This document shows positions 29,819 to 39,406 of a stretch of 64,000 nucleotides of DNA, one piece after another. Within the stretch, counting starts at the first letter, position 1. Each line of letters begins with the position of its first letter. Under the pieces are notes generated by a model. It was not told the origin of the DNA. It ran no database searches and saw only the letters and a program-made list of their open reading frames with translations. A program made the translations under genes and the position numbers. Location of the stretch: the IMG/VR virus record IMGVR_UViG_3300049215_000771, positions 434,001 to 498,000 of that record, one strand, 5' to 3'.

Positions 29819-30319
29819 CTAAAGGTTCACGACCAATCCCAATTTTTGCGCCACATCCATCAGGGCTTCGTTGACCATCTCGACCTCAGCCAGCGATAGA
29901 ATGATCGGCGGGCGTTGGTACATCTTGGACGGGGCGGTGGCAGCCACAGCCACGGTTTTCTGTTTCTTTGGCTGTTTCTTGGGTTTGGGAAACTCCAAGA
30001 TTTCCTTCTGTTCAGGCACAGGCTTCTTCGCCCGCTTCTTCGGCGTCATCTTAGCGCCGTGTTCGTCGGTGATGACTGTCACCAAACGATACTCAGTGAT
30101 TGTTACGGACTCCAGCACAAACAGGATTTCGTCCTTGACTGTGTATACGGAGTAAGGAAGGCGGGGCATGGGATAGGGAAGAAGTTCCTTTTTCTTCACC
30201 ACCCTCGATTCCTTCACGGCCTTGACGATTTCATTGACTCCTTCATTTGCGTGAACCGCCGCCCGCTGTCGCCAGCGGAGCAGTGCATGGTCGGTCACAT
30301 GCACGATTTCGGCCCTCAT
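29819..30319 (-). CDS. Hypothetical protein with a T-x-HA-x-x-RW-x-x-R motif
   Basis: HVTDHALLRWRQR; AAGGAGG RBS; similar motif in 40428-40955. Confidence 0.6.
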   Translation of the reverse strand: MRAEIVHVTDHALLRWRQRAAVHANEGVNEIVKAVKESRVVKKKELLPYPMPRLPYSVYTVKDEILFVLESVTITEYRLVTVITDEHGAKMTPKKRAKKPVPEQKEILEFPKPKKQPKKQKTVAVAATAPSKMYQRPPIILSLAEVEMVNEALMDVAQKLGLVVNL

Positions 30320-30340
30320 CGTGGTCCTCCTTCAAGTTCA

Positions 30341-30578
30341 GAGAACCATCCCCGTAGCCTGGATTCTGTTCTATGTCGTCATTTATCTCAGGTTTCCCTG
30401 GCCTTGCGGCTGCACCAACCAGACCGTCACAGCCCTGCTCACCGGCTAGGTCAAATTTGGCTTGCACCCTCCGAAGTGCGAACGATACTTCCCTTGCGGG
30501 TGTCTCTCCTTCGTTAAGCAGTAGTGTCCAGAACTTCCTCTAAGGATTACTCCCCAGCGACGACTCGGAATGGTTCTC
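30341..30578 (-). ncRNA. rnpB: Minimal type-A RNase P RNA
   Basis: Helices paired by hand: P1 GAGAACCATTCC/GGGATGGTTCTC; P2 GTCGTCG/TGACGAC; P3 GTAA hairpin; P4 AGT(T)CTGGA/TCCAGGCT with bulged U; P6 CTGCTTA/TGAGCAG; P15-P17. Conserved GAGGAAG, GCAAGCCAAAT, AGATAAATG and AACAGAA..C.GGCTA. Confidence 0.88.
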
Positions 30579-30923
30579 CGTCCCTGATTGTACCACGATT
30601 TTGGCCGGTTTGCTATACTCCTCCCCACGATATTTGTCACAGCCCGCCTTGAATTCTTCTTCTGGCGGTAGGGCCGGCTCCACGGTCATCTTGACACCGT
30701 AGATAGCGGCCAGCTTCCTGAACAAGTCCGGGTAATACCAGCAGCGATTATGCCCCTGCTGATCCACCCATTCCTGCAAGATAGACCGTGCAATCCGCTC
30801 ACGGTTCACAGTTTCTTCCAGTTTCTCGAAGTTTTCCTGCGCCCAATGCCAGGTTTCGTCATCGCAGGTGTGCGGGGAATCCCCGAAAACTTGCTGGAGG
30901 AAATCAATGAAAGTCTGATCCAT
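30540..30923 (-). CDS. Hypothetical protein; its 3' end overlaps the RNase P RNA 5' end
   Basis: ORF from MDQTF. Confidence 0.5.
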   Translation of the reverse strand: MDQTFIDFLQQVFGDSPHTCDDETWHWAQENFEKLEETVNRERIARSILQEWVDQQGHNRCWYYPDLFRKLAAIYGVKMTVEPALPPEEEFKAGCDKYRGEEYSKPAKIVVQSGTENHSESSLGSNP

Positions 30924-31593
30924 TCGTAGCTCTCCGGTTCTGCCCATCTTGAACGGGCTGCGACCCCAGCGCCATTTTGCGCCAGCAAACGATGCAAATG
31001 CCGTCCATCAGGCTGCCGTTGTCGATAATGCCGTTACAACCCTTGCACAAACTTTCGTTCTTGCGTGGCGAAGCCGCCCGCATGTCTTCACGATTGGGAA
31101 CGTAGTGGCCGGCTTGCTTCAGAATGGCAACGGCCTCCTCGTCAGTTTTGTGCAGCGACAGGACGACACGGTTGAAGGGAATGCCACCTGTCTGTCGCTC
31201 ATCAACAAACTTGGTGTTGCCCTGGCGCATGATCTCGATGTCTTTCTCGGAAAGCATCAAAAACATCGAACCATCTTTGCCGGTGACGAAGATCATTTGA
31301 ACTCCTTCTTCACGGGGTCGTAGGAATCGTCTTCTTGAACGAATTGTCGCATGAGGGTGCGAAGAGGTTCCGGCATCTGCTCCGTGATCTCGTAGTACAT
31401 TCCCTGTCCAAGAATACCTAGCACGACACGCACAGTGTTCTTGGCATGGCCACTATTGTCAGCGAGGCCAACCGAAAGATGCCAGGCTTGTTTGTCAATT
31501 TCGGGCGTGAAGTATTCGTAGGTCAACATGATGTTGAGCAATTCATCATTGAACTCAACATTCTCCCACAGACAGATTTCCGGGGCAAAGGGG

Positions 31594-32502
31594 CTACGAC
31601 ACGGATTGTGCGGGTTGGCAAGTGCTGTTTCCCGCATCTTCTTGACGAGTTCGATGTCCAGCTTCATGATGTACAAACCTCGGTCTAAATCCCTTCTTCA
31701 GTTGGTTTGCCGAGAACACTTCGGCAATTCTGTCCACCATTTTGGCCTGCGTCAGATGCTCCAAAGCATATGCTTGCCCGGCGCTGCCGATTTCTCTAAC
31801 TTTCTTCGGGTTCATCAAAGCCCACTTGATGGTTGGAATCAAATCCGCCAGGCTCTCCTTCGCTGGAATGTAATGAACCCAAGGCTTCAACGACTCGAAA
31901 TAAAACCCCTGCTCGAAAGAACGGTCAATCACCACCACTGGCCTGCCAGTTGCCAACAGGAATGGTAATCTTCCACTAAACCCCCAACCTTGGATGTCTA
32001 CAAGTAGACAAAATTTGCAGAAATCAACAAGGGGCACAAACTCCGACTCATCCGAAGACCGAAAATCACAAACATCCTTTCCCCGCTTCCAGCCAAGGTA
32101 AATCATCTGGTTGCGACTTGGATGCGAGCCAGGCGTGCCGATCCAGAAAGCCTTCTCAACAGTAGGGTCTTGTTTGCCAGCCTCCACCAGCGACGTTATC
32201 ATGGTTGGATAATCGTCTATCTTACCCTCAGCCCACTTGTCAAAAAAAGGAGAAGGAAACCACCAGTTGGCATCTTCCTTCTTTGTGGAGAAAGCATACA
32301 TCCTTTCTTCTACATCGCCCCTATCAGCAACACTAACACCGAAATTGGCGCTAATGTCAAGTTTTTCAGCAGCTTTACTTGCCAGGGCGATAACAGACCC
32401 ATGCCGGCCCTCCTGGGTATAAGTTTCGACTATCAGGCGGTTGTTAGCCAAGGTGAAGAACAAGCGCCGGGCATTATCCAGTGGTTTGAATTCGATCTCC
32501 AT
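31594..32502 (-). CDS. Glycosyltransferase family 90 (CAP10)-like protein
   Basis: KAFWIG, LVDIQGWGFSGRLPFLL and LKPWVHYIP motifs. Confidence 0.75.
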   Translation of the reverse strand: MEIEFKPLDNARRLFFTLANNRLIVETYTQEGRHGSVIALASKAAEKLDISANFGVSVADRGDVEERMYAFSTKKEDANWWFPSPFFDKWAEGKIDDYPTMITSLVEAGKQDPTVEKAFWIGTPGSHPSRNQMIYLGWKRGKDVCDFRSSDESEFVPLVDFCKFCLLVDIQGWGFSGRLPFLLATGRPVVVIDRSFEQGFYFESLKPWVHYIPAKESLADLIPTIKWALMNPKKVREIGSAGQAYALEHLTQAKMVDRIAEVFSANQLKKGFRPRFVHHEAGHRTRQEDAGNSTCQPAQSVS

Positions 32503-32519
32503 GTACTAAGAAAGTAGCT

Positions 32520-33635
32520 TCACGCCAAATACGAAGGAATGTACCTTGCCGATTCGATCCAAATCAAACCACGCTTGGCTCGGCTGGCGGCTGTGTAGGC
32601 CCAGCGGCGGTGGTCCCACTTGTCACAAACCTGTTCATACACAATCACGTTGTCCCACTCGTCACCCTGGGCTTTGTGACAAGTGATGGCATAGGCGTAA
32701 TCGAATGGATTGGCGGATTGCGTGAAGTTGAAATCGTTGGTTTCCCTGCCGAACTGTTCAGGGTCGTATCGAATCTTCTCGAACTTCTCGCCATCACAAA
32801 CAAAATCGAAGTAAAACTTGTCTTCATCTCCACCCGATTCTTCAAGTGTCCATACACGGGTCACGACACCTTGCATCCCGTTGAACAACCGCTCACGCCG
32901 ATTGTTGCGGAGGCACATGATCTTGTCGCCCACGGAGATGTAGGCGAAGTTGATCTTCTTCTCGGCTCGAACTTGTTCGTTGATCTTCACCCTGGTCCGG
33001 TTGTAGGCACAAATCACCTGATCGGTGCTTGCCAGGTGTCGAGGTTGGACGGCTTTCTCACCGATGATCTGGACGCTTTTTGTGCCGGCGAACTTTCTTG
33101 GCACACCACCAGTGCGAAGATGCTGGGCGAAGTGGGCGATCTCGCCTGCATTGCGATGAACTTCCTCCAGCCTGTGCATCGGCTTCGCCATCAAGTTGAA
33201 CTTGGTGCCACCAACAGGTTCAAGTTGTCCGTGGTCCCCGACATAAATGATGGGCAATCCGAAACTACGAAGATCGGCGTCGATTTCCTGATTCACCATC
33301 GAGGCTTCGTCGATGATGAAACCTCCGATCCTTTCAAGCCACGGATCGTACTTGGACGCCAGGTTCCAGACCGTTTGTCCGTCCTTGTCCTGGAACGGGC
33401 GGTAAATGTAGCTGTGAATGGTCGAAGCGCCACCGAGTCCCTTCTTCCTCATCACGTTGGCCGCTTTGCCGGTGTACGCTGCACAAGCAAACATCGGTTT
33501 CATCTTCGCCAGGGTGCGAATCAACGTCGTTTTGCCGGTGCCTGCAAATCCGCCGAGTGTTTGAATTTGATTGTTGTCAAGGTCTTTGACAATCTTGCGA
33601 AGGACATCTTTCTGTTCCGTGGTAAGCTGCATCAA
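32520..33635 (-). CDS. Dda/RecD2-like superfamily 1B helicase
   Basis: GFAGTGKTT, ASTIHS, IIDEASMV, VGDHGQL, AITCHKAQG and YTAASRAK motifs. Confidence 0.9.
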   Translation of the reverse strand: MMQLTTEQKDVLRKIVKDLDNNQIQTLGGFAGTGKTTLIRTLAKMKPMFACAAYTGKAANVMRKKGLGGASTIHSYIYRPFQDKDGQTVWNLASKYDPWLERIGGFIIDEASMVNQEIDADLRSFGLPIIYVGDHGQLEPVGGTKFNLMAKPMHRLEEVHRNAGEIAHFAQHLRTGGVPRKFAGTKSVQIIGEKAVQPRHLASTDQVICAYNRTRVKINEQVRAEKKINFAYISVGDKIMCLRNNRRERLFNGMQGVVTRVWTLEESGGDEDKFYFDFVCDGEKFEKIRYDPEQFGRETNDFNFTQSANPFDYAYAITCHKAQGDEWDNVIVYEQVCDKWDHRRWAYTAASRAKRGLIWIESARYIPSYLA

Positions 33636-34141
33636 TATCTCCCCTTGCCATATAGCAAAATGTTGGGATCAGTCTCACCGGCTTCTTCGCAAGCCAACTC
33701 CCAGGTGACGCTGCTTGGTCCTTCGTTGAGTTCAAGAACCAGCCGCCGCTCAACCTTCTGGACTGCTGTGAGACGATTCCAACTATCTAGTGATCGGGCC
33801 TTCTCGTCATCTGGATCGAGGCCAAACGACATTTGCACAGCCCAATCATAACTCGAACTGACCTTTGCGTATAGATCAGACGGGCTATATCCTGGGTGAG
33901 CTACGCCGGTCACATGATACAACTCGGCCAACTCGTGGCATTGGGGGCAAAGACTGATGCCGTTCTGAGGTACATAACCCCCGAACGGCATCAAGCTACG
34001 GTCGGTAATATGGTGGGCGTCCAGTGGTAACTTCTCACACTTCCAGTCTTCCGCTGTAGGCGTGAACCCACACATTCGACAACGGTGCTTATCACGCTCG
34101 AAAGTTCGAGTACGAAACCGTTCTCGGATTTCCTTCTTCAT
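33632..34141 (-). CDS. HNH endonuclease family protein
   Basis: RDKHRCRMCG...DAHHI...NGISLCPQCH; start MKKEIR. Confidence 0.75.
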   Translation of the reverse strand: MKKEIRERFRTRTFERDKHRCRMCGFTPTAEDWKCEKLPLDAHHITDRSLMPFGGYVPQNGISLCPQCHELAELYHVTGVAHPGYSPSDLYAKVSSSYDWAVQMSFGLDPDDEKARSLDSWNRLTAVQKVERRLVLELNEGPSSVTWELACEEAGETDPNILLYGKGRY

Positions 34142-34404
34142 AGTTCGACGCCACTCAGCCTGAGTATCCAGATCATCAGCCCGACAAACAGGCCGATGAT
34201 GGTCCCGGTGGTGACGGCCCAAAATGTCCGGTAAACAAGCGTTCGTTCTTTCCGTTGCTTCAGATACCAGAACTTGAACCGCCGCCACTGCGAAGTCTGA
34301 TAGTATTCGATCTTGCGAACAACAGCGAGGTTCCTATCCAACAGTTCCTCGGCGTGTTCTTTGTCTACTTCCTGCTTCGATTTTGTTTTGGGACGCTGTT
34401 TCAT
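34138..34404 (-). CDS. Small membrane protein
   Basis: C-terminal hydrophobic helix. Confidence 0.5.
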   Translation of the reverse strand: MKQRPKTKSKQEVDKEHAEELLDRNLAVVRKIEYYQTSQWRRFKFWYLKQRKERTLVYRTFWAVTTGTIIGLFVGLMIWILRLSGVEL

Positions 34405-34790
34405 CGGGTTTTCCTCTCCGTTTTGATGTCGTCCCTGGTGTCGAACACGCCGTCAGGTCCGGCTGAAACCACAATCACCCGCTCGCCGGTACGGATGATG
34501 CCGGTCGATTGGTAGGTGATTCGGAGAGCATTTCCCCAGGGATCAATCGGCACTTCTCCGTGGAAGTGATGGTATTTGTAATTGTTCTTTCCGTCTCGAT
34601 CTCCGTGAAGCTGGTCGGCGAAAGATTCAACTTGTCTGTTGGCTTCTTGCTTCTGCCGTTCCAGTTCCGCCCATCTCTCGGCATTTTGTTGGACATAGGC
34701 ATTCCACCCGAACCAGCCCAGCCCGCCGAAAACAACAAGGCCCAGGAAGAAAAGCCCGATAATCCAAGGATGCTTCACTGTCATGACCAT
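34401..34790 (-). CDS. GspG (type II secretion pseudopilin)-like domain membrane protein
   Basis: N-terminal TM helix, then DPWGN...VSAGPDGVFDTRDDI, the GspG C-terminal motif. Confidence 0.65.
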   Translation of the reverse strand: MVMTVKHPWIIGLFFLGLVVFGGLGWFGWNAYVQQNAERWAELERQKQEANRQVESFADQLHGDRDGKNNYKYHHFHGEVPIDPWGNALRITYQSTGIIRTGERVIVVSAGPDGVFDTRDDIKTERKTR

Positions 34791-35398
34791 TTCCCTTCAA
34801 GGTAGGATTGGATGACCTGCGGGTACATGATCCTTTCGGCTTCTTGCACCCTAGAGGCCAGGGAAACCAACGTATCGTCCTCACGCACTGGCACCCTGGT
34901 TTGCGCCAAGATCATTCCGTGGTCATACTCGTTATCCACAACATGAACGGTACTACCAGTCCATTTTTCTTTTGCCGCCATTACAGCCTGGTAGACATGA
35001 AGGCCATACATGCCCTTGCCGCCGTATTTGGGGAGCAAAGAAGGGTGGATGTTGAGTATTTTTCCTTCCCATTCAGGAGTCACGACCAGTTTGCAAGTTT
35101 TCACGACCAGACTTGGTGATTTGTGCCGGTTACGTTTGGCATGGCCGAGTATCTTGCCGCTGTGTTCTTCGTCGCTGTACTTGCCGTACCAGTCGGTATC
35201 GTGGCCGAAGTCCTTCGGAATGATGACGTAGGGAACCAGTCCATTCCGCTTGGCAACTTCCGACGCCCCACATTCCCGCTTATTGGTGATTACAGCGTCG
35301 ATCCGGGCGTTTTTGATGATACCAGACTCAATCGCCTTGGCGATGGCGTTCAAAATCGTGCCAGCGCCGGAAACGAGAACCACCAATCGTTTCTTCAT
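34781..35398 (-). CDS. purN: Phosphoribosylglycinamide formyltransferase-like
   Basis: VLVSGAGT, LNIHPSLLPKYGG, GSTVHVV and YDHG motifs; the usual LAGxM segment is replaced. Confidence 0.8.
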   Translation of the reverse strand: MKKRLVVLVSGAGTILNAIAKAIESGIIKNARIDAVITNKRECGASEVAKRNGLVPYVIIPKDFGHDTDWYGKYSDEEHSGKILGHAKRNRHKSPSLVVKTCKLVVTPEWEGKILNIHPSLLPKYGGKGMYGLHVYQAVMAAKEKWTGSTVHVVDNEYDHGMILAQTRVPVREDDTLVSLASRVQEAERIMYPQVIQSYLEGKWS

Positions 35399-35954
35399 GT
35401 CACCTTTGCGAACATCGGCTTGTCTTCCAGCCATTCCCGTTGAAACTTGTTCAGGGCGTAGATCATTTCCTTCTTGTCGGCAATGTCCTCCCCTGTCTCC
35501 AGGTACTTCGTCAGCACCCGGCGAACCTGTGATCGCTTCCCGTACAGGCCGTTGTCCTTCGTTCTGTACCAATGTGCTGTCTCATTAAGAAATAAGTCAA
35601 CCAGGTCTTTGGCACTGAACACAAACCTGCCCTGATACTCAGGGGTCAGTCGGTACGTCGGCTTTTTCTTCTTTGCGCTCATCTTCAAACACCTTCTTGA
35701 AGGCGGCGAACAACTTCTCCGACACCTTGTCGGTATGATGCGTTGCACGAAGGAAGTTGTACAACATCGCCCGCATGTCGCCAATGTCCATGATGAGATT
35801 CACATCAACCCTGTCTTCCTCGTCGTTGCCGACGCTCAGACAAGTCACGACAGTCTCATCGCCTTCCGGCCCGCCGATGCGTCCCAGGTACGTTTCCTTG
35901 TACTTGGCGTAGGTCAGCTTCAGGTTGATTAGGGCGTTCACCGGGCGTCCGTCA

Positions 35955-37100
35955 TCACTTGCCATATTTATGTCTGCTCCCGTAAACATGGGGCACAAAC
36001 CGAGAAAGATTGCCGGTGATGATGGAGTCGTCTTCTCGGATGCCGACGCCACAAGCCCATCCGTTGATGATCCAGCTTCCAATGCAGGGGTGCTTGCCAT
36101 CGAAGTTGGGCAATTCCCAAATCTGCTGGTAGATGCCGGGTCCGTCGTATGGTCCCTCAGTTTTCAGGTACAACTTGCCATGCTCGAAAATCTGAATGTT
36201 CGCTCCCTCCCGGCTGAAAATCGGCTTCTTGACGTAGTTGCCGTCAGCGGGTGGGTCGAAAGTTGTACGAAGCAGGTTCGGATGGTCAGGGAACAACTCC
36301 CAAAGGACAGGAAGGATCGCCTTGTTGGAAAGGATGGCTTTCCACGGCGCTTCCAGCCAATTCGTAGTTCGCTCCAGGACCATCGGGCCAAACTGCTCCC
36401 GTTGCATCCATTCCCAGGGATATAACTTGAAGCAGTTGGTGATTTCGTTTTCGTCCAGGTCAGTGAAAACCCGGCGTTCGGGATGCCAGCCGATGTTCTC
36501 AACGTCGATGTAAGCCGTCTCCCAGCCCGCTTGCGTGGCGACATCACGGAGATAGTTGACGTTCATGTAGTCTTCGACGTGGCCGGCAAGGGCGGCGAAG
36601 TACATGATTCCAGGGCGTTGAGTCTTGACGGCTTTCCAGGCTTCGATCAGCCGCTCGTGAATGCTGTTGAACTGGTTCCTGGTGGGGAATTTGTCGTTCA
36701 ACCAAAACCACTGGCCCACGGCGGCTTCCAGCAACCCGGTTGGAGTATCTGCGTTGTACTCCAACATCTTCGGCTCGTAAGACCCATTGAACACAAGATC
36801 GAACCGACCGTAGATGGTGTGTTCGTCGTTCTCCCAGGAGTCCCGAATGTACTGGCGAAACTCACGAGGAATGAGGAACTGATCGAAACGGTCTTCGTCG
36901 ATGACGTGCTGAATCGCCTCCAGGCAGATACGATTCAACTCGTAAGTTGCGGCTTCAAGCTGGTCCACTTCCTGTGGCGTGAACTCGTAGTAAACACTCT
37001 CGTCCCAATAAGGCACGCCGTCTACCGTGTGGTAGTACATGCCCTGGGATTCGACTGTTTTCTGCCAGTCGGGACGAACATCCGTTGTGTGCCGTTGCAT
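35955..37100 (-). CDS. Glutathionylspermidine-synthase-like ATP-grasp protein (YgiC/YjfC type)
   Basis: YWDESVYY, YGRFD, KMLEYNADTPT, KLYPWEW, EAPWKAILSNK, VKKPIFSREG and IGSW...G.GIRED motifs. Confidence 0.92.
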   Translation of the reverse strand: MQRHTTDVRPDWQKTVESQGMYYHTVDGVPYWDESVYYEFTPQEVDQLEAATYELNRICLEAIQHVIDEDRFDQFLIPREFRQYIRDSWENDEHTIYGRFDLVFNGSYEPKMLEYNADTPTGLLEAAVGQWFWLNDKFPTRNQFNSIHERLIEAWKAVKTQRPGIMYFAALAGHVEDYMNVNYLRDVATQAGWETAYIDVENIGWHPERRVFTDLDENEITNCFKLYPWEWMQREQFGPMVLERTTNWLEAPWKAILSNKAILPVLWELFPDHPNLLRTTFDPPADGNYVKKPIFSREGANIQIFEHGKLYLKTEGPYDGPGIYQQIWELPNFDGKHPCIGSWIINGWACGVGIREDDSIITGNLSRFVPHVYGSRHKYGK

Positions 37101-37433
37101 TTAGTCCTCGCCAGCAATCGCCAACTCCGGGTAACGCTCGTTGTCACCATCGAAGTTTTCGATGAATTTCACGACGGCGGCGGGCGGCTTCACACTGAAA
37201 ATTTCATCACCGAATTCGATGTCGATAGTATCGCTATCGACAGCGATCTCGGTTGCGCTCCTGAAAAGTTTCTTCACGAACTTCGCCGTAGGACAGTCGG
37301 TAGCACTGCCACGCTCTCCCATGCACTTCTTGGCAAGAAGCGCCTCGGCGACCTTGTTGGGACCAGTGCCCAATTCCTTCAACGCAGGCAGAAGCCGTTC
37401 TTCCACCTTCTCCTGGGTCCATTTTGTTGCCAT
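37101..37433 (-). CDS. Hypothetical protein
   Basis: ORF inserted within the lipoprotein/GSP-synthase module. Confidence 0.55.
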   Translation of the reverse strand: MATKWTQEKVEERLLPALKELGTGPNKVAEALLAKKCMGERGSATDCPTAKFVKKLFRSATEIAVDSDTIDIEFGDEIFSVKPPAAVVKFIENFDGDNERYPELAIAGED

Positions 37434-37444
37434 TCCGAATCTCC

Positions 37445-37747
37445 TTATGCGCCCGCCGTGGCCGCATGGCCCATAGAGCCAAAACCGCCACGAACCGAGC
37501 TAACTGATGGTGACGAACTGAAACCCCTAGACGATCCTCCTGCTGTAACAGTCACGCCGGATGGCGTTGTTGGAACATAACCGCCGTGCCCGCCTTGAAA
37601 ATACCACCATGATGGTGCAGTCTGAACAGGCGGGGCCGATTCTTCTTTTTCTTCTGAGTGGCTAGAGCATCCACTCAAGATTAGCGACGAAGAAATCAAC
37701 ACGAGGCCGATCTTCTTCGTCAACCTTGACGGACGTAATAGTTTCAT
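37445..37747 (-). CDS. Lipoprotein of the GSP-synthase-associated type
   Basis: Lipobox LSGC; low-complexity linker; C-terminal SSVRGGFG motif. Confidence 0.7.
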   Translation of the reverse strand: MKLLRPSRLTKKIGLVLISSSLILSGCSSHSEEKEESAPPVQTAPSWWYFQGGHGGYVPTTPSGVTVTAGGSSRGFSSSPSVSSVRGGFGSMGHAATAGA

Positions 37748-37905
37748 GGCCCACCAGGACAAAATACACTGACCGGGTATAACCGCTCAACCCTTCCGAA
37801 CTCGGCAAGCCGGTGGCCGGAAGTCGTTTGTCCCTTGGTTTGAAATGCTTATAAGGCATTAACCGAACCTAGCGGGAAGGCAAAGCCTTGCATACCCGGC
37901 CAGTG

Positions 37906-38160
37906 TTAATGGATCACGTTGGCAGCGATGTAAGCGATGCCGCCGATGAGAGCGAGCATCGTCACCGACACCACGATGGCGACGGCGATGTTGCCCTTCT
38001 TCAGTTCATCGGTGAAATGCAGATCGGGAAGCAGTCGGTCGAACACCTTGTAACCGATCACCATTCCCACGATAAGCAGGAACAGCCCAATCAGCCCGAA
38101 GATGCCGGAACCGGCAGCCCCGACCCAAAAATTGTCAGGAATGGTCAAGTCTGCGAACAT
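37906..38160 (-). CDS. DUF350 family membrane protein
   Basis: Two TM helices with FDRLLP...DELKKGNIAVAI. Confidence 0.85.
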   Translation of the reverse strand: MFADLTIPDNFWVGAAGSGIFGLIGLFLLIVGMVIGYKVFDRLLPDLHFTDELKKGNIAVAIVVSVTMLALIGGIAYIAANVIH

Positions 38161-38232
38161 GGTTGAACTCCTTGAATCAGTTGAACCGCAGCACACAGGA
38201 AGATGATACTACCTTCCCCCTCGGTTGTAAAG

Positions 38233-38832
38233 TCACTTCAGAACATAACGCTTCTTGTCAGGGTCGTACTGAGCGAACAGACGTAACTCCTTGAGTCCCT
38301 TCCTGTTCCAGATACACCCGGAGGCACAATCCCACCCGTAATACCAGATAGATTCAAGCCGGCGCTTCCACTGATACGGAGTAATTTCCAGTGCCGAGTA
38401 TTGCTTGGACAATTTCGGCCAGTCGATATGCAAGCTGAGACGGCGCATCATATCAGGCATGGCCGGCAGCATAAAATCCAGGCCAGCATTTTTAGCCCGA
38501 AGCATGTATGCCGGCAGGCTCCCATATTCATCCTCGAACTCGTCGAACTCATCCAGATTGGAAATACGAAGCACCCTTTCTTCATCCACGACGACTTCGT
38601 AGATGTAGGGCTGGAACCAGTTACACCCAGCTTCCATCATCCAGTCGAACCAGGAGTCATTGAATCCATACCAAATACCCGTGGGCTTCATCTCAATACG
38701 CTGGCGCTTCGAGATGAACTTCTCGATGGGGTCTTTGGAAATATGCAAACGCCGGGGCTTGTCGTCGAACAGGTGATCGGCGATGAAGTCCTTGATGGCA
38801 GGGATCAGTGGAATCTTTGCGTCTTTCGGCAT
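38233..38832 (-). CDS. Hypothetical protein
   Basis: GGAGG before MPKD; KP.GIWY and WDCASGCIW motifs. Confidence 0.6.
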   Translation of the reverse strand: MPKDAKIPLIPAIKDFIADHLFDDKPRRLHISKDPIEKFISKRQRIEMKPTGIWYGFNDSWFDWMMEAGCNWFQPYIYEVVVDEERVLRISNLDEFDEFEDEYGSLPAYMLRAKNAGLDFMLPAMPDMMRRLSLHIDWPKLSKQYSALEITPYQWKRRLESIWYYGWDCASGCIWNRKGLKELRLFAQYDPDKKRYVLK

Positions 38833-38851
38833 CGGTCCCTCCATGAAAACG

Positions 38852-38877
38852 AAAAAACCCGCACGATGGCGGGTTTT
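38852..38877 (-). terminator. Intrinsic terminator at the end of the tRNA-Ser pair
   Basis: AAAACCCGC-CATCGT-GCGGGTTTTTT on the minus strand. Confidence 0.85.
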
Positions 38878-38882
38878 ACAAG

Positions 38883-38967
38883 CGGAAGGTGAGGGAATCG
38901 AACCCTCTTCCCTTTCGGGAAACGCTTTTCAAGAGCGCCGCAGCCAACCAATATCTGCCTACCTTCC
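38883..38967 (-). tRNA. tRNA-Ser(TGA)
   Basis: GGAAGGT/ACCTTCC acceptor, G73, loop CTTGAAA, long V arm; CCA not encoded. Confidence 0.92.
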
Positions 38968-39022
38968 AAAACCCCTGGTTGATTATGCCATAACATAAGA
39001 GCAATAGCCAGAGGACTGCAAG

Positions 39023-39111
39023 CGGAAGGTGAGAGAATCGAACTCTCGGCCCCCGTTAGGGGGCACCACCTTTCCAGGGTGGCGTGACGAACCAACAGTC
39101 ACCTACCTTCC
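39023..39111 (-). tRNA. tRNA-Ser(GGA)
   Basis: CCACC-CTGGAAA-GGTGG anticodon arm, long V arm, G73. Confidence 0.92.
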
Positions 39112-39406
39112 ATCGACCGTGAAGGGAACTGCTCTTATGGTAGTATAGATGCCGCCAATTTTTCCTTCAAGGCCAGAACCTCTGCCTCGGCGTCAGAATC
39201 CAGCAGTCCCTCCGCAAGATAGACATCGACAAAGACGAGAAGGTTCGCTTTTTCTTCGATAGAAAGTGGCTCATTTCTTTCCAGCTTATCACGCATATTC
39301 CAGGCCACCTTGCCCTGCCATCGGTCTTCAATGGCTGGGTAGGTGGCTTTGATGTAAGCGTAGCAAGCGTCAGCGAGGTATTCGACCTCTTGCGGCGTAA
39401 ACTCCA

